A stretch of DNA of 64,000 nt, taken from positions 288,001 through 352,000 of the forward strand of contig CAWIBO010000003.1 in NCBI GenBank assembly GCA_963834385.1, given 5' to 3'. Source of the stretch: an uncultured Verrucomicrobiae bacterium. GTDB taxonomy: Bacteria > Verrucomicrobiota > Verrucomicrobiia > Chthoniobacterales > UBA10450. The notes beneath the pieces were generated by a model, which had not been told where the DNA came from, did no database searches, and saw only the letters and a program-made list of their open reading frames with translations. Shown one piece after another: positions 1-11,311 of the stretch. The stretch's first letter is position 1; every line of letters starts with the position of its first letter. Both the position numbers and the translations under genes were made by a program.

Positions 1-779
1 CCACGTCATTGCTGTCGATCGTGTGAAAGACGATCTCGTTCAGCGCCACCGTGCCGGCGTCCCAATAGGTCGGGCTTTTCTTCACCCGGACGCGCGAGTT
101 GAGCCGCCATTCCTCGAGATTGAAAGGGCCGTTGCCCACGTAGCGTCCGGGGCGGGTCCAGCGCGAGCCGCGGGCAAAGGCCGGCCCGTGCTGCTCAATG
201 GTGGGGAGATGGACCGGATACCAGGAATAATGACAAAGCAGGGAAAGGAAATAGGGCGTCGGGTTGTTTAGCGTGATGATGAGCGTGCGCGGATCGGGCG
301 CGCGAAAGCCGACCTCGGCAAAAGTCGGCCAGCTCGCCCTTGTGAAAACGCTCCGCGTTCACCACCGGAAACAGCATGTAGGCGTAGTCGGAGGCCATCG
401 CGGGCGAAAGAATGCGACGATAGGAATTGATGAAATCCTGCGCTGTCACCGGGTCGCCGTTCGACCAGCGCGCCTCCGGCCGCAGATGAAAGGTGTAAAC
501 GCGCGCGTCCGGCGAAACTTCCCAGCGCGCGGCCACGCCGGGCACGGGACGGAGGTCGCGCGGGTCCTCGGTGACCAGGCCCTCGAGCAGCGCCATCATG
601 ATGTTGGCGGCGCTGACGCTGTTGACCACGTGCGGGTCAAGGTCCTGCACTTCCTTGCCGTTCCCCTTGTGCAGGATGCCGAGGCGGTTGCCGCGTTCCA
701 CGTTCGATTCCGGGCGTTCGCAGGATGCGACGGCGAAACAGGTCGCGCCAAGCAGGAGGAGACCGCGGGTCAGCTTCAC
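1..779 (-). CDS. Peptide ABC transporter substrate-binding lipoprotein (OppA-like); runs off the window edge; frameshift near 320
   Basis: Lipobox-like AVASC, motifs LDPH, PGVAARWEVSPDARVYTFHLRPEARWSNGDPVTAQDF; after the shift the other frame continues VGNGPF...KSPTYWD. Confidence 0.88.
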
Positions 780-844
780 AGCGAACCTTCTAGCGGCGAC
801 AAGTCCCACCGGCAAGGGCGCGACGCCCCCAGAGCGGTCTGCAA

Positions 845-2576
845 TCAGGAAAGAACCTCGGTCCGTTCCGCCAACGTTTTTTGTAGGGCATCCCGTTTTT
901 CCACCAGGAGACCTTCGGTGGCGGCGCGGACCGCCTCCAGGAGATCGGTCCCCTCGCGCAGGCGCGCGACACTGACGTAGTCAGCGCCATTTTCGAGAAG
1001 AAGGGAGGCCTGCGAAAGGACCTCGGCGGTGGCGATGATTTTTCCCGTCGGATTAATGCTCCGGAGAAGGCGGACCAGGCGTTCGTTGGTGATCCCTTTC
1101 AAAACGGAATCGGGCACGGTGCAGATCAAGACTTCCGCGCGCTCCGCGCCCGCGTGCACCAGGGTATCGCGCTGGCTGATGTCGCCATAGATCACGCGCA
1201 CCTTGCGTTCCAGGAGGCCCTCGCGCGCGACCGGGCTGAAATCGACCACGGCGGTGTCGCCGATCAGGTGGGGCGCGTGCCGCTGCATTTCCTCGAGGAG
1301 CGAGCTGGCCGTGCGGAAGAACCCGAGAAAAAGGATGCGCGCCCGGCCGTGCCCGCCGCTGCCGTCGGCATGGGCGTCGTCCGGGACATGATCGAGATCG
1401 CGCAGTCCCCGGCGTTTCAGCCAGGGGATCAGGCGCCGGGCAAAGGTATCGGACTTGGCCATCCCGAAGGTGGACAAGGGCGGCGAGAAGGGCGAAAGCG
1501 AGGGCCACCATGCCCGCGGTGGAAGGGTTGGCCAGGTGACCGGCCGCTGCGCCGAGGGCCACGATCACGAGGGAAAATTCACTGACCTGCCCGAGGTTGA
1601 GCGCGGGGATAAGGCTCGTGCGCAGGCCCTGCCGCATGAGGTAGAGCGGCGCAAAGGTGGAAAGGAATCGCGCCAGCCAGACAAAGGCCGCGAAGAGCAG
1701 AGCCCAGCCCATGAGCGGAATCGTCGGCATGGGAATCTGCATGCCGAGCCCGACAAAGAAGAGCGTGATGAAAAAATCGCGCAGGCTCGTGACCTTGGCC
1801 GTGACATCAAGGGCGTAGGGGAAGGTCGAGAGGGCCACGCCCGCGACCAGCGCGCCCATCTCGCGCGAGAGATGAAGACGTTCGCCGAATTCGCCGATGA
1901 GAAAGCACCAGGCGAGCGCCCCGACCTGGATCAGCTCGGGGGAACGGGCCACCCGCCGGAAGATCACGGGCAGGACGAAACGGCTGACCAAAAGGGTGAC
2001 CGCCACCAGGACCACCACGCGCAGGAGCGAGACGAGCAGGACGGTTGGGGCGAGGTTTTCCAGGTTCGGCTGGATGGCGAGGAAAAGGATCGCGGCCAGA
2101 TCCTGAAGGACGAGCACCCCGAGCGTGATGCGGCCCGTCAGGGTATCCAGCTCCTGTTTTTCGTAGAGGACCTTGACGATGACGACGGTGCTGCTGAGCG
2201 ACGCGGCCACGCCGAGGTAGAGCGCGTCCCAGGCGCCACCCCCGAGCTGAAATCCGAGAAGGCGGAAAAAGAAAATGCCGAGGACCGCGCAGAGGGTGAT
2301 CTGGACCAGCGCGGTCAGGGTGATCGACCGGCCCGCGCTGACGATTTTTTTCAGATCGATCTCCAGGCCGATCATGAAGAGAAGAAAGATCAGGCCCAGC
2401 TCCGAGATGGCGGAGATGTTCTCCGCCGACTCGATCAGTCCCGACCAGGCGGGTCCGAGGGCGAAACCCCCGATCAGGTAGGCGAGGAGGATCGGCTGCC
2501 GAAAATGCTGCGCGACCAGCCCGAGAACCCAGGCCGCGGCAATGCTGTAGGTGATGTCGCGGATCAGCTCATGCAT
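845..2576 (-). CDS. Cation:proton antiporter (CPA2/Kef-type) with C-terminal TrkA-N (KTN) domain; frameshift near 1477
   Basis: ELGLIFLLFMIGLE, SLSSTVVI, LVLQD, LRDFFITLFFV in ORF 1053-2576; LGFFRTA and VIYGDIS KTN part in ORF 845-1477. Confidence 0.88.
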
Positions 2577-2615
2577 GGGAAGCTGAGGCGCGCCGCGGCC
2601 CTTTTCACCGTCACC

Positions 2616-4748
2616 CTACTTGTTTTCCTTGGTCGGTCCGCCGAGCGCCTTTTCCTCTTTGCCCAACCCAAGCGTGGCCAGGAAAGGATCGATCGAGCGT
2701 TCGCGTCCGAGAAACTTCTGGATGGAAACGTTGACGTCGCGCGAGCTGCCCACGGCGTAGATCTCGTTGCGCAGCTTCATGCCGGCCTCCTTGTCGAAGT
2801 AGCCTTTCGGCGCCTTCTCGAAGACGGTGGCCATGTCGGCCGCAATCGCATCAGCCCAGGCGTAGCCGTAGTAACCGGCATCGTAACCGGCCAGGTGCCC
2901 AAAATAGGCGACAAAGGCGGTCTCCGGTTCGATCGGCAGAAAAACCTTTTCCAGGATGTCGTTGGAAACCTTGACCGCGTCATAGGCCTGCCCGGCGGGA
3001 TGCACGTCGTGCAAAGCGAGGTCGAGGTCGGCCATGGCAAATTGGCGGCGATAAGTGGTGCCGACGGTGCCGATCTTGGCTTCCTTCATCTTCGCGATGG
3101 TTTCGGTGGGAATTTTCTTCGAAGGATCGCGGTAATCGGCCGCGAAGGTATCGAGCACCTTCTTTTCCCAAACCCAGTTCTGGAGCATCTGCGAGGGGGC
3201 CTCGACGAAGTCGCGCGGCACGTTGCTGCCGGAGAAGCGGGCATACTTGGCCGTGGTCACGATGGAATGAAGGGCGTGCCCGAATTCATGGAAGAGTGTC
3301 TCCACGTCGCCATGGGTCAGGAGGGAGGGCGTGTCGCCGGTCGGCGGCGGGAAATTGCAGATCAGCCCGACGGTCGGTCGCTGATACTTGCCGTTGGGAA
3401 GCAGTTTTCCGCTGATGATGTCGAACTGGGCGAAATGATTGTATTTTCCGTCGCGCGGGAACATGTCGAGATAGAACATGCCCAGCGGGGCGCCGGAGGA
3501 GGCATCGCTCACCACCCAGAGCTGCAGGTCGTCGGTCCATTTTTTGCCCGGGTCGATCTGGTCAAACTTCAGGTCGAAGATCGACTGGTAGACCTCGAAC
3601 ATTCCGTCGAGGACAGGCTGATAGGGGAAAAAGACGCGGAGCGCCTGCTTGTCGACGGCGTAGCGGGTCTTGTTGATCTGCTGGGTGTAGTAACGCCAGT
3701 CCCAGCGGTTGATCTTCGCGTTGGCTTCGCCCGTCTCGGCCGCCTTCAGTTTCCGCATCTCGGCCAGTTCGGCGTCAAACTTCGGCTGGGTGCCCTTGAC
3801 CATGTCGGCGATGAACTGGCGCGCGGTCGCGCCCGTCTTTGCCATCTTGATCTCCGTCTGGAAATCGGCCCAGGATTTGTAGCCGAGCTTGAGCGCGATC
3901 TCGTTGCGCAGGCCCAGGATTTGGTTGAGAAGCGGGACATTCTTTTCGCGGGCCAGGTTCATCCGCGCGAGATGCATCTTCCTGCGCGCGGCCTCCTGTT
4001 TCGCGTTTTCCATGAAGGTCTGGTACTGGAAAGTGACGTTCGCCAGCAGGGTGAAACCGTCGTCGCCCTGTTTAACCCCGGGCATGTCGAGCAGGTCCTG
4101 CGGGACGCCCTCCACTTCCGCCTTGGTGAAGGTGATCGGCGCCTTCACCGCCACGATGTTCGACTGGAAATCGGTTTCCAGCCGGGCCACGTCCTTGCGC
4201 AGTTGCTCGACCTCCTTGCGCTTCTCCGGGGCGAGATCCAGGCCGGCGCGCCGGTAATCGCGCATCGTCTCAGCCAGCAGCTTGGCGTCCTCCCCCTCCA
4301 GCTTCGGGTTCGTCGCGACGAACGCTTTCATCGTCTTGTAAACGTCCTCGCGGTAATCCGTCCCCACGGCCCATTCCTGGAATTTCTTGATGCCCTCTTC
4401 GGCCGTGTCGCGCATCTCCTTCTGCGGATGCGCGTTCTTGATCACGCTCAATTTGTTGGCCGCGAGGAACGCTTCCCAGCCAAGGTCATCCAGGGCGCGC
4501 ACGGTATTGGCGAAGGTGACGGCCTTGGGTTCGAGCTGGCCGATCGCGTCCAGGGCTTTGTTGGCTTTGGCGATCGCGGCCGGGGCGAGGGCGCTCACCC
4601 CCTCGACGTCCCCCGGGAACTCCGGGACCGTCAGGACGACGTTCGCCTTCTCCGCCGCCTCCTTGAAATCATCAACCGACTTGAGCGGCGCGCCCTCGAG
4701 CGCGACGAGCGAAAGGAAGAGAGCGGTGAGACAGATGGAGGTTTTCAT
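2616..4748 (-). CDS. Secreted M3 family Zn-metallopeptidase (thimet oligopeptidase-like)
   Basis: FHEFGHALH, DFVEAPSQMLQNW, GYDAGYYGYAWA; signal peptide MKTSICLTALFLSLVALEG. Confidence 0.93.
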   Translation of the reverse strand: MKTSICLTALFLSLVALEGAPLKSVDDFKEAAEKANVVLTVPEFPGDVEGVSALAPAAIAKANKALDAIGQLEPKAVTFANTVRALDDLGWEAFLAANKLSVIKNAHPQKEMRDTAEEGIKKFQEWAVGTDYREDVYKTMKAFVATNPKLEGEDAKLLAETMRDYRRAGLDLAPEKRKEVEQLRKDVARLETDFQSNIVAVKAPITFTKAEVEGVPQDLLDMPGVKQGDDGFTLLANVTFQYQTFMENAKQEAARRKMHLARMNLAREKNVPLLNQILGLRNEIALKLGYKSWADFQTEIKMAKTGATARQFIADMVKGTQPKFDAELAEMRKLKAAETGEANAKINRWDWRYYTQQINKTRYAVDKQALRVFFPYQPVLDGMFEVYQSIFDLKFDQIDPGKKWTDDLQLWVVSDASSGAPLGMFYLDMFPRDGKYNHFAQFDIISGKLLPNGKYQRPTVGLICNFPPPTGDTPSLLTHGDVETLFHEFGHALHSIVTTAKYARFSGSNVPRDFVEAPSQMLQNWVWEKKVLDTFAADYRDPSKKIPTETIAKMKEAKIGTVGTTYRRQFAMADLDLALHDVHPAGQAYDAVKVSNDILEKVFLPIEPETAFVAYFGHLAGYDAGYYGYAWADAIAADMATVFEKAPKGYFDKEAGMKLRNEIYAVGSSRDVNVSIQKFLGRERSIDPFLATLGLGKEEKALGGPTKENK

Positions 4749-4830
4749 GGCGGGAGGAACCTTGTGCACGGCTCCCTGCGGGTAAAGCGCTCTTTTCGCG
4801 AAAAAGGCCGCCCCGTGCGATGGCTGAGCC

Positions 4831-5412
4831 ATGCCGGAATACGTCGAGAAATTTCTCCTCGCGTTCATTCCGCTCTTCGTGGCCATCGACCCGGTGGGCC
4901 TGATCGCCATTTTCATGGGCCTGGCCCCGAACGCCTCGCGCGAGCACCGGCAAAAGGAGGGTCTTCTCGCCATCATGACGGCCCTCGGGGTGTCGATCGG
5001 CTTCATTTTCCTGGGCAAGATCATCTTCAAGGCGCTGGGCATCACCGTGGCGGATTTTCAGGTGGCGGGCGGCCTGGTCCTGCTGGGCCTGGCCGTGCGC
5101 GAGCTCATGGGGGGCGGGGAGGACCGGCGCGACTCCGGGACCGGTTTCGGCGTGGTCCCGCTGGGCATGCCGCTTATCGCCGGACCCGCGCTCCTGACCG
5201 CGCTGCTCCTGCTCGTCGATACCGTGGGCGCGACCTACACCATCGCCGCCCTGATCGCGAACCTCGCCCTGGTCGAGGTCGGGTTCCGTTACGCGCGCCG
5301 GGTGGAAAAAATCGTGGGCAAACCCGGCCTGAACGGCATTTCCAAGCTGATCGCGCTTCTTCTTGCCGCCATCGCCGTGAGCCTGATCCGGCGCGGCTGG
5401 CAGACGGCCTGA
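4831..5412 (+). CDS. MarC family membrane protein
   Basis: FIPLFVAIDPVG, FQVAGGLVL, VVPLGMPLIAGP. Confidence 0.92.
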   Translation: MPEYVEKFLLAFIPLFVAIDPVGLIAIFMGLAPNASREHRQKEGLLAIMTALGVSIGFIFLGKIIFKALGITVADFQVAGGLVLLGLAVRELMGGGEDRRDSGTGFGVVPLGMPLIAGPALLTALLLLVDTVGATYTIAALIANLALVEVGFRYARRVEKIVGKPGLNGISKLIALLLAAIAVSLIRRGWQTA

Positions 5413-5416
5413 CGGC

Positions 5417-5800
5417 TCAGAACTGCCCCGTGCGCAGCATCACGAGGGTGCAGCCCTCGACCACTTCGATCCCCTTTTCCTCGGCCTGGCCCCGCAGCTT
5501 TTCGTTTTCCGCCCCGGGATTCATGATGATGCGGCGGGGGTTCGCCTCGATGATCTCCGGGATCAGGGGGGTGGAACGGGCTTCGCCGAGATACATCGTG
5601 ACAGTGTCGATGGGGCGGGGGACCTCCGACATCTGGCGGAAGCAGCGTTCGCCCGCGACCTCCTCGAAGGCGGGATTAACCGGCAGGGGCGTGTGCCCGT
5701 ATTCCTTTAACATCTCCTGCGCCTGGTAGGCGTAGCGTTCGGGCTTCGGCGAAGCGCCCAGGACAACAACGTTTTCGCTTTTGGTCTGCCTGATGAGCAT
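5417..5800 (-). CDS. CoA-binding protein (YccU-like)
   Basis: VVVLGASPKPERYA, PVNP, MNPGAEN, VVEGCTLVML; start set at ATG 5800. Confidence 0.9.
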   Translation of the reverse strand: MLIRQTKSENVVVLGASPKPERYAYQAQEMLKEYGHTPLPVNPAFEEVAGERCFRQMSEVPRPIDTVTMYLGEARSTPLIPEIIEANPRRIIMNPGAENEKLRGQAEEKGIEVVEGCTLVMLRTGQF

Positions 5801-5862
5801 TCCGTAAAATAGCACGGAACATTTCCTGTCCTGCCCGATATTATCGCCGCTAGGCTGCGGAG

Positions 5863-6294
5863 GTGGATCTCCTGCGACGCCTGGCGCCTTTGCTCCTGCT
5901 CTCGCTCGCCTGCCTGGTCGTGCGGGAACAGTTCCCTTTCTCGCATTTCCCGATGTATTCGAGCTTCGGGCACCGCACGACCTATGTCTTCCTGGCCGAC
6001 GGGGAAGGGGCCCCGCTGGCGACGCGGGAGGTGGCGCCGGTCTCCACCCCCACGCTGAAGAAAATCTACGAGAACGAGGTGCGCCGGGAAACGGAGCGCC
6101 TGGGCGTGCGCCGGAGCCGGCTCCCGTTGGACGCGCGGGCCGCGGCGGGCCGCCGCACCCTCGAGTATCTCCACCGCCTGCCGAGCTTTCGCCCGCCGGC
6201 CACCGGCGGGGGCGAAGTGCAGCTCCGGGAGGTGACCATCTCCCTGCGCGGGCACCGCCTCGAAAAAACAACGGAAACCGTGGCCCGCCGATGA
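5863..6294 (+). CDS. Hypothetical protein with N-terminal membrane anchor and FPFSHFPMYS motif
   Basis: GTG start, hydrophobic N-terminus, ATGA overlap with the next gene. Confidence 0.65.
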   Translation: MDLLRRLAPLLLLSLACLVVREQFPFSHFPMYSSFGHRTTYVFLADGEGAPLATREVAPVSTPTLKKIYENEVRRETERLGVRRSRLPLDARAAAGRRTLEYLHRLPSFRPPATGGGEVQLREVTISLRGHRLEKTTETVARR

Positions 6295-7208
6295 AGCACC
6301 CGCTTTTTCTTCCGGCGACGCATGGCCCGGTCGAACGGGTCGCGATGCGGGGGCTCTTCGCCCTTCTGCTTTTCTGGCTCACGCCGGCCGCGCCTCCGGT
6401 TTCGTTCCTGCCCCACCCGAACGGGCTCGCCGCGGTCCTGCCGCTCGATTTTTTCCTCCACCCCGGCATCTACGCGGTCATCCGGGTCGCGGTCTGGGTC
6501 GCGCTGGCGCTTTATCTCGTTCGCCGGTGGACCGGTCTCGCCCTGGTCTGCCTGACTCTTTTTTTCATCGCCACCGGCAGCGTGATGAATTCGCAGGGGG
6601 CCATCTCCCATTCGCGCCAGATCGTGGCGCTGGTGTTGCTGGCCCAGACTGCCGCCCATTTCTTTCACCGGTGGCGCGGCCATGGGACCGGCTCAAAAGG
6701 AGAGGACCTTCTCATCTTCTGGTCGCAACAGGCGATCGCCGCGAGCTATCTGGTCGCCGGCATCAGCAAAATCATCAACAGCGGCGGGATTTGGGTCCTG
6801 CAGACGCCGCGGTCGGCGGTGCAAATCGTCAAGACCTGGGACCAAAGCTATTACGACCGGCTGGAACCGGGCCTGCGCGAGACGGGGGCGACCCTGGCGG
6901 AATGGATCCTGGCGCATCCCGGGCTGGTCATGGCGGTCGGGGCCGGCGGTCTGCTCCTGGAGCTGTCCGCCCCGCTCCTCCTGCTGGGGCGACGCTACGC
7001 GCTCGCCTACGGCGCGGCCCTGCTCGCCTTCCACGGGGCGATCGAGCGGACCATGCAGCTGCAATTCGAGAATAACGAGTATGTGATCTGGATTTATCTG
7101 GTGAACGTTCCCTTCTGGACCCTGGCCCTTTTTCACCGGCTCCAGGAGGGGCGAAACCCTCCCTCCGGGCCGGTTTCGGCAGAGGGAAGGGGGACCCCCG
7201 GTCATTGA
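6291..7208 (+). CDS. Polytopic membrane protein, HTTM-like
   Basis: Several TM segments; SYLVAGISK, LLLELSAP, LLAFH motifs reminiscent of HTTM/VKGC-like proteins. Confidence 0.6.
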   Translation: MKHPLFLPATHGPVERVAMRGLFALLLFWLTPAAPPVSFLPHPNGLAAVLPLDFFLHPGIYAVIRVAVWVALALYLVRRWTGLALVCLTLFFIATGSVMNSQGAISHSRQIVALVLLAQTAAHFFHRWRGHGTGSKGEDLLIFWSQQAIAASYLVAGISKIINSGGIWVLQTPRSAVQIVKTWDQSYYDRLEPGLRETGATLAEWILAHPGLVMAVGAGGLLLELSAPLLLLGRRYALAYGAALLAFHGAIERTMQLQFENNEYVIWIYLVNVPFWTLALFHRLQEGRNPPSGPVSAEGRGTPGH

Positions 7209-7232
7209 CAGGGCAGGGAGCACTGTTATCAT
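7205..7232 (+). promoter_or_regulatory. Sigma70 promoter of hpnH-shc
   Basis: TTGACA (7205-7210), 16 nt, TGn-TATCAT (7227-7232), 9 nt before the ATG. Confidence 0.7.
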
Positions 7233-7241
7233 CGCGCCCTT

Positions 7242-8552
7242 ATGAGATTTCCCTTGGCGCTCACGACAAAGATCGCCGGCTATATTATTGGCCACAAGCT
7301 GCGCCGGACGGACAAATTTGCCACGGTTCTCCAGCTGGAGCCCCTCCACACCTGTAACCTGACCTGTACCGGCTGCGGCCGGATCCGGGAATATTCGACT
7401 TCCCTGAAGGACATGATGTCGCTGGAGGACTGCCTGGGGGCGGCCGAGGAGTGCAATGCCCCCATGGTCTCGATCTGCGGCGGCGAGCCCCTGATCTATC
7501 CCCATATCGAGGCGCTGGTGAACGGTCTCCTGGGCCGGAAACGGATTGTTTACATCTGCACCAACGCCATGTTCATGCGCCGGAAAATGCGCGAATGGCT
7601 GGCCACCCAGCTGGCTGATCGCCCGGCCTACGTGGAGGAAAAAATCGCCTCCCTGGTCGCGGCCGGCGTGATGAACGAGAAAGAGGCTGCCGAAGTGCGC
7701 AAAGGCCCCAAGGACGCGGGCAAGCCGGTCATTGGACCGAGCAGATGGATGTACTGGAACGTTCACCTCGACGGCCTCGAGCGGACCCACGACCTGATCG
7801 TGGAGCGCGAAGGCGTCTTCAAGGAATGCGTCCTCGCGATCAAGATGGCCAAGCTGCTGGACTACCAGGTGGCCACCAACACCACCGTCTACAAGGAGAC
7901 GGACATGGACGAACTCGAGCAGCTTTTCGATTTCCTGGCTGATCTCGGGGTGGACGGCCATACCATCACCCCCGGCTACGAATACGACGCAGCCAAGAAG
8001 GACATGATCGCCCGGCTCCAGCTCCAGCCGGAGAATTTTTTCCTGACCCGCCGGCTCACGACCGAGAAGTTCGCGCGCATGGAGGATTGGATGAACCGCT
8101 ACACCTTTTTCGGGACGCCGGTTTACTTCGAGTTCCTCGCCGGCAAACGCGACCTGACCTGCTCCGCCTGGGCCATCCCGACGCGGAACATGCGCGGGTG
8201 GAAGGCGCCCTGCTATTTCATGACGGATGCGGTGGGCACGAACGGCTCCGGGCATTACGCGACCTATGCGGAACTCCTGGAGCAGGTTGATTGGTCCAAG
8301 TACGGGGTGGTGGACGGCGTGGCCAAGGACCCGCGTTGCGAGAACTGCATGACGCATTGCGGCTATGAGCCGACGGCCAGTCTCGGGTTGCAGGCGCAGC
8401 CGGGCGACACCTGGAAAACGATTCGCTTCAATTTCGGGGCCAAACCGCAGGCCGCCGGCCGGGGCAGCGAGGTGCTGGCCTTTAACGGGGTCACCTCGGG
8501 CAACGGGCATCTCACCGGGCCGAAGGCAGAACTGGCCGCGCAGGCTTCCTGA
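7242..8552 (+). CDS. hpnH: Adenosyl-hopene transferase, hopanoid radical SAM protein
   Basis: LEPLHTCNLTCTGCGRI (CxxxCxxC), SICGGEPL, C-terminal DPRCENCMTHCGYE; adjacent to shc. Confidence 0.9.
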   Translation: MRFPLALTTKIAGYIIGHKLRRTDKFATVLQLEPLHTCNLTCTGCGRIREYSTSLKDMMSLEDCLGAAEECNAPMVSICGGEPLIYPHIEALVNGLLGRKRIVYICTNAMFMRRKMREWLATQLADRPAYVEEKIASLVAAGVMNEKEAAEVRKGPKDAGKPVIGPSRWMYWNVHLDGLERTHDLIVEREGVFKECVLAIKMAKLLDYQVATNTTVYKETDMDELEQLFDFLADLGVDGHTITPGYEYDAAKKDMIARLQLQPENFFLTRRLTTEKFARMEDWMNRYTFFGTPVYFEFLAGKRDLTCSAWAIPTRNMRGWKAPCYFMTDAVGTNGSGHYATYAELLEQVDWSKYGVVDGVAKDPRCENCMTHCGYEPTASLGLQAQPGDTWKTIRFNFGAKPQAAGRGSEVLAFNGVTSGNGHLTGPKAELAAQAS

Positions 8553-8560
8553 TTTTTCCC

Positions 8561-10558
8561 ATGCCGACCACCGCAGGCAACGTCATCGCTCTGCCAACCG
8601 CTCATTCCGAGGACGCGGGAATTTACCCGGGCGCCAGTCCCGAGATCGCGCAGGCGATCCGCGCGGCCCAGGAAAACCTGCTCCGGCAGCAAAAGCCCGA
8701 TGGGCACTGGGTGGGCGAGCTCCTCGTCGACAGCACCCTGTGCTCCGACTACGTGCTTTTCATGCACTGGCTCGGCCAGGTGGACGAGAAGCTGCAGCAG
8801 AAATGCGTCCGGCATATCCTGAAACGCCAGTTGCCGGACGGCGGCTGGAACATTTATCACGGCGGGCCGAGCGAGATCAACGCCTCGGGCAAGGCCTACT
8901 TCGCGCTCAAGCTGGCCGGTTATGCTCCGGACGTTCCTTTCATGCAGGAAGCCCGCGCCAACATCCTTCGGCTCGGCGGCATCCCGAAGATGAACACCTT
9001 CAGCAAGCTTTATCTCGCGCTGATGGGCCAGTTCCCCTGGAAATATCTCCCCACCATCCCGGTGGAAATGGTGCTCCTGCCGAAATGGGCGCCGTTCAAC
9101 ATGTACAAGATGTCGTCCTGGAGCCGGGCCATGCTCGTGCCCCTCGCGATCATCAATCATTTCAAGCCCACCCGCGATCTTCCCCCGGGGAAACAGCTGC
9201 ACGAACTCTATCCGCTCGGGACCGAGCATAAGAATTTCCTGCTCCCGCGGGATGAGCGCCTCTTCACCTGGCGCAATTTCTTCCTCCGCTGCGACGCGGC
9301 CATGAAGATCCTGCACGCCATTCCCTGGAAACCGCTCCGGGCCCGCGCCCTCGAGGAGGCGGAACGCTGGATGATCGAGCGCATCGGCGAGGGCAGCGAC
9401 GGCCTGGCCACCGTCTTCCCGGCCATGCTCAATTGCATGATCGCCCTGCGCGCCCTCGGCTATCCGGAAACCCATCCGATTTACCAGAAGGCCCGGAACG
9501 ATTTCGCCGGCCTTTTTGTCGATGACCCCGAGGATTTTCGCATTCAGCCCTGTCTCTCTCCTGTCTGGGACACTGCGATCAACATGATCGCGCTCGGGGA
9601 ATCGGGCCTCCCGGCTGATCACCCCGCGCTGCGCGCCGCGGCGGAATGGCTTGTGGACAAGGAAGTGCGCCTTCGCGGCGACTGGGTGATGAACAATCCG
9701 CACCCGGAGGCGAGCGGCTGGGCCTTCGAGTATAACAACGTTTATTATCCCGACACCGACGACACGGCCATGGTCCTGATGGCGCTGCGCCTGGCCCGCC
9801 CGGAAAACCAGCAGGCTCTCGACCAGCTCTTCCGCCGGGCGGTCGGCTGGCAGCTCAGCTTCCAGTGTCGCGACGGGGGCTGGGCCGCCTTTGACAAGGA
9901 AGTGACGCAGCGCTGGCTGGAAAACATGCCGTTTGCCGACCACAACGCGATTCTTGATCCCACCTGCAGTGACCTGACGGCGCGCACGCTCGAGCTGCTC
10001 GGCTACATCGGCTTTGACCGGAACGAGGAATGCGTCCGGCGCGCCGTGCATCACCTGGTGGAGACACAGGACGACGACGGCTCGTGGTACGGCCGCTGGG
10101 GCGTCAATTACATTTACGGCACCTGGCAGGTCCTGCGCGGCCTGCGCGCCATCGGCGAGGACATGTCGCAGGATTGGATCCTGCGCGGGCGCGACTGGCT
10201 GGAGAGCTGCCAGAACGACGACGGCGGCTGGGGCGAGACCTGCGCATCCTACGACGACACCACCCTCAAGGGCTGCGGCGTAAGCACCGCTTCGCAGACG
10301 GCCTGGGCGCTCATGGGCCTGTGCGCCTGCGGCGACCTGGACCGCCCCAGCGTGCAACGCGGGCTGCGTTACCTGCTTAATTCGCAAAACTCCGACGGAT
10401 CCTGGACCGAGCCGCAGATCACCGGCACCGGGTTCCCGCGCGTTTTTTATCTCAAGTACGACATGTATCGGCAGAATTTCCCGCTCATGGCGCTGGCGAC
10501 CTACGTGAATTACCGCGACGGCACGTTTCACCAGCCTTCCCAGCACCGCTGGAACTGA
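8561..10558 (+). CDS. shc: Squalene-hopene cyclase
   Basis: YYPDTDDTA (DxDD), repeated QxxDGGW motifs, GSWYGRWGVNYIYGT, GTGFPRVFYLKY. Confidence 0.97.
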   Translation: MPTTAGNVIALPTAHSEDAGIYPGASPEIAQAIRAAQENLLRQQKPDGHWVGELLVDSTLCSDYVLFMHWLGQVDEKLQQKCVRHILKRQLPDGGWNIYHGGPSEINASGKAYFALKLAGYAPDVPFMQEARANILRLGGIPKMNTFSKLYLALMGQFPWKYLPTIPVEMVLLPKWAPFNMYKMSSWSRAMLVPLAIINHFKPTRDLPPGKQLHELYPLGTEHKNFLLPRDERLFTWRNFFLRCDAAMKILHAIPWKPLRARALEEAERWMIERIGEGSDGLATVFPAMLNCMIALRALGYPETHPIYQKARNDFAGLFVDDPEDFRIQPCLSPVWDTAINMIALGESGLPADHPALRAAAEWLVDKEVRLRGDWVMNNPHPEASGWAFEYNNVYYPDTDDTAMVLMALRLARPENQQALDQLFRRAVGWQLSFQCRDGGWAAFDKEVTQRWLENMPFADHNAILDPTCSDLTARTLELLGYIGFDRNEECVRRAVHHLVETQDDDGSWYGRWGVNYIYGTWQVLRGLRAIGEDMSQDWILRGRDWLESCQNDDGGWGETCASYDDTTLKGCGVSTASQTAWALMGLCACGDLDRPSVQRGLRYLLNSQNSDGSWTEPQITGTGFPRVFYLKYDMYRQNFPLMALATYVNYRDGTFHQPSQHRWN

Positions 10559-10637
10559 GACCGGGACGCCGCGCGGCCGTGGGAGCCGCTTTGAAAGCAT
10601 CCCTTTGCCGTCCGCCTCCTCCTGCGTTTAGTAGGGG

Positions 10638-11244
<607 letters not shown>

Positions 11245-11311
11245 TCCCGCCGCTCGCTGGCCCTGGCTGATCGCCGCGGCCCTGCTGGCCGTCGCCTCCC
11301 TTCTCGTCGGC

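Noticed and set aside
1455..5729. 1424-aa ORF and other long ORFs such as 11186-13582, 26362-28743 and 44998-47031
   Set aside because: Antisense shadows of well-supported genes, expected in high-GC DNA.
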